A DNA stretch of 64,000 bases from Candidatus Wirthbacteria bacterium (lineage in GTDB: Bacteria; Patescibacteriota; CG2-30-54-11), in the NCBI GenBank assembly GCA_903889905.1, contig CAISZI010000053.1:10599-74598 (forward strand), given 5' to 3'. A program made the translations under genes and the position numbers. Shown here one piece after another: positions 57,343 to 64,000 of the stretch (its first letter is position 1; each line of letters starts with the position of its first letter). The notes beneath the pieces were generated by a model that saw only the letters and a list, made by a program, of their open reading frames with translations, was not told the DNA's origin and did not search any database.

Positions 57343-58650
57343 ATGTATCCTTCACGCACACAGCGTAATGCCATGGTTTTTGATCTGGAGGCGGACAAAG
57401 ATTCTATCCTTGCCGGCAGGTTGATGGCCTGGGATGGTGAAAAAGGTCTTTTGACGGACGAAAGTGGCAAAGTTGAGTTCACCTTGGTGACGGTAGAAAT
57501 CCTCAAGGTAGGCATGATTATTGAACTTGCTGGCTGGATGGATCGGGAAGTTTTTTATGCTCAAACCGTGGTTGTTCTCAATCCCGCCTCCGGATTCGGC
57601 CAGATCCAGGGCGACATGCCCAACTGGCAGAAAGTCATTGCGGACCCGTTTGTCCGTGACAGTTTGCTGCGCCGTTCACAGGTGGTGCGCGCGGTCAGAG
57701 AATGGTTCTGGGGCAATGGCTTTGTCGAAACCGAAACGCCTTGTCTCGCACATGTGCCAGGTATGGAACCTTATCTTACGCCATTCAAAACTGAATTGAT
57801 TTTGGAAAACGGCGCACATTATCCATCTTATCTGATCACCTCGCCCGAATATGTGATGAAAAAGATTCTGGTGGGCGGCATCGAAAAGATTTTTCAGATT
57901 ACCCACAGTTACCGTAATGGTGAAACCCTGAGCTCGCAGCACAATCCGGAATTCACCATTCTGGAATGGTACCGTTCCTATGCCAGTTATCTCGACATCA
58001 TGCGTGATACCGAGGAATTGTGTGCGGCGGTAGCCAAAAAAGTCCTGGGTACGACGCAAATCACCCTGCGCGACAAGCTCATTGACCTGGCACCACCTTG
58101 GGAACGACTCACGTTTGCCGAAGCATTGGAAAAATATGCGGGTGTCAAATATGCCGAGATCGAAACGCTCGCAGGCTTGAAGCAAGTATTGAAAAGCAAA
58201 GGTTATCCCGACAGCGATGCGGATTGGGACACGCAAGTGCTGCAGCTTTTTCTGACAGAAGTTGAGCCCAATCTGGGTAACCCAAAACCTACGTTTATCC
58301 ACGATTATCCACTGTCCATGGCGGCGCTCAGCAAAAAGTCGGAAACCGATCCACGCTTTGCTGAACGCGTCGAGGCTTACATCGGTGGTATTGAACTCGT
58401 CAATGGCTTTACCGAACTTAATGACGCCGACGAACAAAAACGTCGCCTCGAGTCTGAGCGCGCCCAACGGCAACAACTGGGCAAAGATGATTACGCCGTG
58501 GATGACACGTTTATCGAGGCGCTGCAGTGGGGCATGCCGCCCGCGAGTGGCATCGCGCTGGGCGTTGATCGTTTGGTCATGTTGATTTTGGGGCAGACGG
58601 AGATCAAGAATGTGCTGTGGTGTCCGTGGGGGGAGATGTTTGAGAAGTAA
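57343..58650 (+). CDS. class II LysRS-like protein, probably EF-P beta-lysine ligase EpmA with an extra N-terminal domain
   Basis: Motif 2 HNPEFTILEWY and motif 3 GIALGVDRLVMLIL. ~110-aa N-terminal extension before the catalytic core. Adjacent to efp. Alternative start at 57373. Confidence 0.6.
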   Translation: MYPSRTQRNAMVFDLEADKDSILAGRLMAWDGEKGLLTDESGKVEFTLVTVEILKVGMIIELAGWMDREVFYAQTVVVLNPASGFGQIQGDMPNWQKVIADPFVRDSLLRRSQVVRAVREWFWGNGFVETETPCLAHVPGMEPYLTPFKTELILENGAHYPSYLITSPEYVMKKILVGGIEKIFQITHSYRNGETLSSQHNPEFTILEWYRSYASYLDIMRDTEELCAAVAKKVLGTTQITLRDKLIDLAPPWERLTFAEALEKYAGVKYAEIETLAGLKQVLKSKGYPDSDADWDTQVLQLFLTEVEPNLGNPKPTFIHDYPLSMAALSKKSETDPRFAERVEAYIGGIELVNGFTELNDADEQKRRLESERAQRQQLGKDDYAVDDTFIEALQWGMPPASGIALGVDRLVMLILGQTEIKNVLWCPWGEMFEK

Positions 58651-58662
58651 TTGCTATCGATC

Positions 58663-58753
58663 TGTCATTGCGAACTGTTCTGACAGTGTGGCAATCTAGA
58701 TGGTATTCATGTGGGAAACTAGATTGCCGCGTCGTAGACTCCTCGCAATGACA
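58663..58753. repeat. REP-like repeat pair in inverted orientation (units 58663-58697 and 58721-58753)
   Basis: tgtcattgcga-N16-ggcaatct plus its reverse complement. The right unit is near-identical to 18422-18455. Confidence 0.7.
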
Positions 58754-58780
58754 ATTTGTAGCTGTCAGCTTTACCTCCCC

Positions 58781-58809
58781 TTGCACGAAACGAACTGAAT
58801 CATTATAGT
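58781..58809 (+). promoter_or_regulatory. sigma70-like promoter TTGCAC-17-TATAGT for efp
   Basis: Seen directly. RBS GGAG before the efp ATG. Confidence 0.5.
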
Positions 58810-58845
58810 AGTTGGGTCTTTAAAAAACGTCTAAACGGAGACTGT

Positions 58846-59400
58846 ATGACCACTTCGGATTTCAAAAAGGGCATGGTTATCATTTTTCAGGGCGAACCCT
58901 ATCGCATCGTGGAATTCCAGCACGTCAATCCCGGCAAGGGCAGTGCCTTTGTCCGTACCAAGATGCGTTCGATCAAACTCCCCAAACAGATTGAATTCAC
59001 CTTCAAGGCCGGTGAAACGATTGAACTGGCTGACATGCAGACCATGAATGCGCAGTACCTGTATGCCCAGGATGGCCAGTACTGGTTCATGATTACCGAT
59101 AACTACGAGCAATATTCACTGGACGCCGAAACCTTGGGCGAAAAGGTCAAATATTTCAAAGAACAGATGGAAGTAATGATCGTCATGCTGGATGGTTCAC
59201 CATTGGATATCCAACTGCCAGCCAAAATGATTTTTGAGGTCACGGAAGCTCCTCCCGGTGTGCGCGGCGACACCGCCACGACCGTCACCAAGGAAGTCAC
59301 GATTGAGACTGGAGCCACGGTGCGCGTGCCAGGATTTGTGAATGCTGGCGACAAGATCCGCATCAACACCGAAACCGGTGCGTACGATACGAGAGTTTAA
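58846..59400 (+). CDS. efp: elongation factor P (Lys-type loop PGKG)
   Basis: VNPGKGSAFVRTKMRS loop and three OB-like domains. Confidence 0.9.
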   Translation: MTTSDFKKGMVIIFQGEPYRIVEFQHVNPGKGSAFVRTKMRSIKLPKQIEFTFKAGETIELADMQTMNAQYLYAQDGQYWFMITDNYEQYSLDAETLGEKVKYFKEQMEVMIVMLDGSPLDIQLPAKMIFEVTEAPPGVRGDTATTVTKEVTIETGATVRVPGFVNAGDKIRINTETGAYDTRV

Positions 59401-59427
59401 AACCAAACGTCGAGAGTCAGGTTTGTA

Positions 59428-59457
59428 AGGGCGATGCACGAATCGCCCTTTTTTTTG
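59428..59457 (+). terminator. intrinsic terminator after efp
   Basis: aagggcgat-gcacgaa-tcgccctt followed by T8. Confidence 0.7.
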
Positions 59458-59473
59458 GACAAGGAATTTAGAA

Positions 59474-60853
59474 ATGGCCAAAGTCTGGCAGGATAAACGG
59501 TTGTTGCTCTGGGTTGGGGTTTGCCTTGTTGTGGGAACGGCAATACGACTTGCCAATCTGTTTCACCTGGGATTTGTTTTTGATACCACCGAGACGCAGC
59601 ACACCTGGGCTATGTTTGCCAACCAGATGGGTTTGTTCAATTTTTGGAAAAATTATGCGGGTCCTTTTGACTATGCGCCGGGAAGTTTGCTGCTGTTGAT
59701 GGGGATCAAAGCTGTGGCCAGCTGGTTTAGCCAAAGCGCGGTGGCGTTTGTTGCCGGGATCAAACTACTCAACTGGGCGGCGGATATGAGCATAGCCTGG
59801 TGTGCTTACTGGCTGGCTCGACGCAGTGGCAATCCCCAACGCGGGATTATGGTGGCGGCTCTGGTTTATATCCTGCCGTCGCTTTGGTTTGTCTCGAGCG
59901 TGTGGGGACAGATTGATTCACCCGTGATGGCAATGGTGTTGTGGTCGGTTGTTTTGCTGCACGACGGGGTAAGCCGTGCCCAACCAGGTAAATTTTGGCA
60001 GAATCGAGTTTTCTGGTCGGGAGTTCTCTGGGCGATTGCCTACTGGATCAAGATGCAGGCGGTGCTGATATTGCCGGTGTTTATCCTGATCTATTTGAGC
60101 CAACAGGCAAGAACCAAAGTACGCTGGCATATTACTGGTATCCTGGCCGTTTGTGTACCGATGCTGGTCGTATTTATGACCAACCCGATCCGGCTGGTGG
60201 TGGTGATGGCCGGTATCTTTGGCCGTTCCAATGATATTGCAGGCGGATCGGCCACATTCTGGCCACTGATTGGGGTCACGGGCACGGCAGACCATAGCAT
60301 TATCGCTGGCCTGGGGCTCAGCGTGAATCACTTGGCATTGGTGATTTATGGCGTCGTGATGCTGTTTGTTCTGGCTAAAATCTATGGCGTGCAAATGACG
60401 CTACAGAAATCGTTTAGAAAGCATATGCAAGACTGGCACGACAAATTGCTGGAGCTCCCGAATTTGAGCAAAATCATCCTTGTTATGACCTTGAGCTCGG
60501 CCGTTTATTACCTGTTCTTTCCCAAAATGCACGAACGCTACCTGCATCCGGCGATTGTCTTTGGACTGGTAGCGCTGGCACTGCATTCGCCCAGGCGGTG
60601 GTCGCGGTTATTTAGCTTCAGCATCATTGCCATGAATATTGGCTACGCCATTAACGTCTATGGCGTGTATTACTGGTGGCAACAGTCAGCCAAATATTGG
60701 GTACAGAACAACCAGCCAGCCTGGGTGTTCCAGCTTTATCCGCTGCTGCATTTTGACCTGACGCAAGTGGCGTCGCTGCTCAATCTGGCGGGGTTGGCGG
60801 GGATGCTGCTATGCCTGCTGTCGGCCAGATCCGCCTCGAGTTTGAAGGATTAA
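59474..60853 (+). CDS. polytopic membrane protein, GT-C-like (PMT/ArnT/DUF2029-type) glycosyltransferase candidate
   Basis: RBS AAGGA; 12 or more TM helices. Confidence 0.45.
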   Translation: MAKVWQDKRLLLWVGVCLVVGTAIRLANLFHLGFVFDTTETQHTWAMFANQMGLFNFWKNYAGPFDYAPGSLLLLMGIKAVASWFSQSAVAFVAGIKLLNWAADMSIAWCAYWLARRSGNPQRGIMVAALVYILPSLWFVSSVWGQIDSPVMAMVLWSVVLLHDGVSRAQPGKFWQNRVFWSGVLWAIAYWIKMQAVLILPVFILIYLSQQARTKVRWHITGILAVCVPMLVVFMTNPIRLVVVMAGIFGRSNDIAGGSATFWPLIGVTGTADHSIIAGLGLSVNHLALVIYGVVMLFVLAKIYGVQMTLQKSFRKHMQDWHDKLLELPNLSKIILVMTLSSAVYYLFFPKMHERYLHPAIVFGLVALALHSPRRWSRLFSFSIIAMNIGYAINVYGVYYWWQQSAKYWVQNNQPAWVFQLYPLLHFDLTQVASLLNLAGLAGMLLCLLSARSASSLKD

Positions 60854-60939
60854 TGGCGAATTCGGGGTGGTGGCGCTTGCGGCACTTAATTAGAGCTGCA
60901 GGAAGTCAATTACTCGATTTTTATTGGCTCCACTGGCCA

Positions 60940-63339
60940 TCAATCTGTAAAGAGACGCCGGATTTCACGCAAATAAATCCGTGCCCGCGAGACGGAATCA
61001 CTAGCCGGATCAGGCTGAGCAGCGATTACTTTTTCAATACTGGCAATCACTTGTTGTTGCAATTCTTTGGGGATTGGCTGCTTGCGAGCCGTAGCGACAC
61101 TTCTCGCCCAATCTAAGACTAATCCGACAAAACGGATACCGCCATTCTCCAGAATATGCACAGCCAGGGAAAGTTTGTCATTGGTCTTGGGCAAATTGTA
61201 AATGGGCTGCTCATCCATGATCTCCCAAATCTCGGTATTCGTGGTGGGCAATTGATGAACAAAATCAATGATTGTGGCCAGGGAAGGATTTTGGGGGTCA
61301 ATCGCTTTGATCAGATCCTGCAATTTGAAACGAAAGCGCAATTTCTCCAGGCACGTAGTCGTCTCTTGCAGGTTCATTGTTTTCTGGTCGGGTTGCGCAG
61401 CGATTCCTTTTTCTATTGTTGCGAGCAATTGTTTTCTAATCGGTTGAGGCAAATCAGGACTTTTTCGTCCCATGAGGTAATCAATTCTTTTGACCGTACT
61501 CGCGATAACTGTGGTGCCTCCTTTCTCCATGATTCTCATGAAAACAGGAATTCCCTCCATGTCTATTGGTATTGCATATCCGTCAGGATTGGTAAAAAAC
61601 TTTGCCCAGGCGGCCTCGTCGTGCGCTGGCAATAACTCGACCAGTTGCTTTACCTGCTCTAGTGTTGGCTGGTTGCGATCTGTACCCCGGAACAAATCAC
61701 GCACTTTGACCTCCCAGGGTATATCGGTTTCAAAATCACGTGATTTCAACAATGTTGGATTGATCCTGATCAGGGACTTGACGTCATGTAGTCTAATGGT
61801 TACAGCTGCTTCCGTGAGCAAATCACCTCCCATACCTGGGAGATATCTGTCTTTGAGCCGTTGGGTTTTATTGATCGCTGTGTTGACCAGCAGGGCTCGT
61901 ACTTTTTCTTGATCCAGACCGCGCACATGAAGTTTTCCCGCCAGCATCATGGCGTCAACCAGTTGAAAATAATTTTGCATACTTGCCATGTATTTTTGAT
62001 ACGTTTCAGCAAAATACTGGTGCGCCTCTCTTTTTTGTTCAATGGTCAGGGTTTCGTTCAGGTACAAACTATTGTCAAATGAAACAAAAAATTCTTCCCA
62101 TTTGTCGGCACCAATGCTCGTCTCGTGGACCCAACCAGAACGATTCATAATCGCATAGCTGATTAATTCATCCTGGCCTCGTTGCGACCATGAACTGTTG
62201 AGCCAGTCAGCCAGCATTTTGTATTCAGTCACAGATTTTGCTTTTGTTAATCTGTTTTGAAAATCAGCATTTGAATCAGTCGATTTGGTTGAAAAAAAGT
62301 TATGAAACAATAAATGGTTAAACTCGTGTGTTTCGACTTGGTCACTGATTTTTTGAGATTGTTTTTGTCCTTGATTGAGAACGATGATTTTGCCTGCCAA
62401 AGCCTCTGAATCTGATGACGGGAAAAACAGTCCCAATGTCGGTATTTTTTGATTATTTTTCTGCTCGACAACGTCATAATCGGTTTTTTCAAGACGAATG
62501 ACCAAGCCGATCGGTAGCCACTGAATGGTAGGCTGATGCTGGATTTGAATCTTGAACAGTTGCTCGACCAGTTGTTTGGGATCGTCCGGCAATTGCGTCC
62601 GGACTTCGACAACTTCACGGCGGGCCTCGATAAAATGTGTGATCGCCAAGCGCAGCGAACTTCGCTGCTGCTGTGACAGATTCTGCTCCATTTCGGCTTC
62701 ACTTTTACCGCCAGTGGCTACGTGCATCAATTGCTCAAAAAGAGCCTCGTCGGGCACCTCATCGAGGGAATCCATTTGCTCCCGTACAAAGTCAACAAGG
62801 CTGACAGTGATGTCGGCCGCCTGATCAATTTCACCGAAATACTTATTCTCTTTATTGCTTCTTTGTTTTTGCCGTAGTGCTCTTAGCTGACGGGTCAATT
62901 CCATTTGTTGTTTTTCCGGCAAGGGAAACCCAAAATGTGCGAATTTATCTTGCAAAGTTACTTTTTCAGCCACACATTGCTGGCGAAATTCTTGGTCATA
63001 GGCCGCTTCTGGTTCGGCGAAAATAGCAGCCGAACGCACGATCTTCTCATCTTTTCCCAATTCTGTCGCCAGCGTCCGGGTCAGCTCAAGCGCGGCAGGA
63101 GAATATGGGTTGATCCTGATCATCTGTCCCCATTCTTGCAGGTTTGTATCCGATTGAAATCGTTTTTTAAGTTCCAGCATCTGACGCATCGGTTCCCACA
63201 GTTCCACTGACGGATCATTCAATTCCGTCGCAAAGGAATCATCGATTTCATAGCCATCCGTCAACCGACGACTTGTTTGATTGACTGCTGGTCGCCCCAG
63301 TTCAGCCCAATCGATCTGACTGATTTCACCGTCGTTCAT
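60940..63339 (-). CDS. large hypothetical protein (799 aa) with an HExxH motif and an internal ~60-aa duplication
   Basis: THEFNHLLFH. C-terminal repeats IMEKGG...RKQLLATIEKGIAAQPD and ILENGG...QQQVIASIEKVIAAQPD. No signal peptide. Confidence 0.6.
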   Translation of the reverse strand: MNDGEISQIDWAELGRPAVNQTSRRLTDGYEIDDSFATELNDPSVELWEPMRQMLELKKRFQSDTNLQEWGQMIRINPYSPAALELTRTLATELGKDEKIVRSAAIFAEPEAAYDQEFRQQCVAEKVTLQDKFAHFGFPLPEKQQMELTRQLRALRQKQRSNKENKYFGEIDQAADITVSLVDFVREQMDSLDEVPDEALFEQLMHVATGGKSEAEMEQNLSQQQRSSLRLAITHFIEARREVVEVRTQLPDDPKQLVEQLFKIQIQHQPTIQWLPIGLVIRLEKTDYDVVEQKNNQKIPTLGLFFPSSDSEALAGKIIVLNQGQKQSQKISDQVETHEFNHLLFHNFFSTKSTDSNADFQNRLTKAKSVTEYKMLADWLNSSWSQRGQDELISYAIMNRSGWVHETSIGADKWEEFFVSFDNSLYLNETLTIEQKREAHQYFAETYQKYMASMQNYFQLVDAMMLAGKLHVRGLDQEKVRALLVNTAINKTQRLKDRYLPGMGGDLLTEAAVTIRLHDVKSLIRINPTLLKSRDFETDIPWEVKVRDLFRGTDRNQPTLEQVKQLVELLPAHDEAAWAKFFTNPDGYAIPIDMEGIPVFMRIMEKGGTTVIASTVKRIDYLMGRKSPDLPQPIRKQLLATIEKGIAAQPDQKTMNLQETTTCLEKLRFRFKLQDLIKAIDPQNPSLATIIDFVHQLPTTNTEIWEIMDEQPIYNLPKTNDKLSLAVHILENGGIRFVGLVLDWARSVATARKQPIPKELQQQVIASIEKVIAAQPDPASDSVSRARIYLREIRRLFTD

Positions 63340-63485
63340 GGTTGGTAAGTAATAATAATCATCGGATTATTATACCATATATGGCGTCCAGACGGGCGGG
63401 GTGGATTTGGACATGTGTGGTACAATTATTGTCCCCTGCTCCGGCCTGGGGTCGGATTGGGATTAAAATATATTGGGAGAAAGCT

Positions 63486-63671
63486 ATGGCGGGTGAGTTT
63501 GTGGTGCCGTCGGATGGTTCTGAAGGTCTTCAACAGGAGGTAAATTTAGAAAAGCCTCCCGCCGAACCAGTTACATTGACGACCCAAATGGCATTGGAGC
63601 ATGTGGCGGTATTAAAAAAAATTCTCCAGACGGTTGGTTCAGAATTTTGCAACGGCAATTGGCGACAGTAA
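63486..63671 (+). CDS. small hypothetical protein (61 aa)
   Basis: RBS GGGAGAAAGCT-ATG. The listed ORF 63342..63671 starts further upstream without an RBS. Confidence 0.4.
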   Translation: MAGEFVVPSDGSEGLQQEVNLEKPPAEPVTLTTQMALEHVAVLKKILQTVGSEFCNGNWRQ

Positions 63672-63771
63672 CCGAAGGCGGGAACAATTGGTTGTTGAAA
63701 AACGAGGTGATGAATGGTCAGGTATCATTTTTAATCCAACGGCATTAGACAAGTTGGCAGTCCAGCTGGAG

Positions 63772-64000
63772 ATGGAACCCATTGCAGCCGGAATCTTTCA
63801 TGACGAAGAGGGCAAATTGAGGATGGTGCATTCAGGTACATATGGTACGGAATGGCATGGAGAAATGCCACCGGCAATTGCAGCTCTGATCGCGAAATGC
63901 GACCAAATTGCCGCAATGTTGGCCGAGGCAGTTAAGATTTCTGAGATAGAGGCACGGGATGGTGCGAAGCAACGAACTCAAGATAGAGAGGTTCAGAGAG
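63772..64000 (+). CDS. possible 5' end of a CDS running off the window (first ATG at 63772; frame open from ~63620)
   Basis: Open frame with no stop to the window end (…GIFHDEEGKLRMVHSGTYGTEWHGEMPPAIAALIAKCDQIAAMLAE…). Start uncertain. Confidence 0.25.
   Translation, partial: MEPIAAGIFHDEEGKLRMVHSGTYGTEWHGEMPPAIAALIAKCDQIAAMLAEAVKISEIEARDGAKQRTQDREVQR

Noticed and set aside
63731-63916. 61-aa minus-strand ORF near the window end
   Set aside because: Antisense to a longer open + frame with protein-like composition.
1-64000. CRISPR arrays, prophage, transposases, restriction-modification, toxin-antitoxin pairs or known defence operons
   Set aside because: No regularly spaced repeat array and no integrase, transposase, terminase or capsid-like ORFs. 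The only methyltransferase is small-molecule type. The RHH proteins have no toxin partner. No candidate system could be supported.

Overview
This is a 64-kb bacterial chromosomal segment, roughly 50% GC by eye (not computed), read from sequence alone. Many genes carry GGAGG-type Shine-Dalgarno sites. The lineage is unassigned and traits are mixed: an LPXTG-anchored surface protein, lipoproteins with lipobox cysteines, the anaerobic ribonucleotide reductase nrdDG, an HD-GYP phosphodiesterase, and a NuoE/NuoF-like pair. Housekeeping blocks are a partial otsA plus a GT4, clpP-clpX-lon, nrdD-nrdG under a divergent Crp/Fnr, an epmA-like gene next to efp, adenosine deaminase, and three tRNAs (Arg-UCG, Leu-UAG, Ala-GGC). 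Between them sit accessory pockets:
- a split Mg2+-type system: a soluble MgtE-like N-domain/CBS sensor plus an NRAMP permease with an NRMT-like altered metal site (3.4-5.8 kb);
- an AT-rich islet beside tRNA-Arg carrying a hypothetical protein and a SAM methyltransferase (6.8-8.8 kb);
- an acyltransferase-hypothetical-ABC(FtsX-like) operon with a duplicated palindromic operator (8.8-14.8 kb);
- an intact NuoE beside a NuoF-like protein that has lost its cofactor motifs (16.9-18.4 kb);
- an ABC-2/GldG-like/DUF4340 exporter cluster with an internal attenuator (19.7-25.7 kb);
- a thiolase followed by an atypical zinc-ribbon protein (31.3-33.5 kb);
- three tandem GT4 glycosyltransferases (38.9-42.3 kb);
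- a multi-PAS two-component pair (45.3-48.9 kb);
- two tandem DUF3494 ice-binding-like secreted proteins, one with an LPXTG anchor (49-51.4 kb);
- a cluster of small stress/membrane proteins with two paralogous RHH proteins and an unlisted 50-aa lmo0937-like gene (51.5-54 kb);
- a YhbQ-like GIY-YIG gene between two tRNAs, flanked by 37-bp inverted repeats whose internal hairpins carry compensatory changes (56.6-57.1 kb);
- a dispersed ~33-bp REP-like hairpin repeat family at four or more loci;
- a 799-aa HExxH protein with an internal duplication (60.9-63.3 kb).
I found no CRISPR array, integrase, transposase, phage genes or recognisable defence operon. Where starts were moved to internal Met codons with better RBS, this is noted. 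Nothing could be confirmed by database search.
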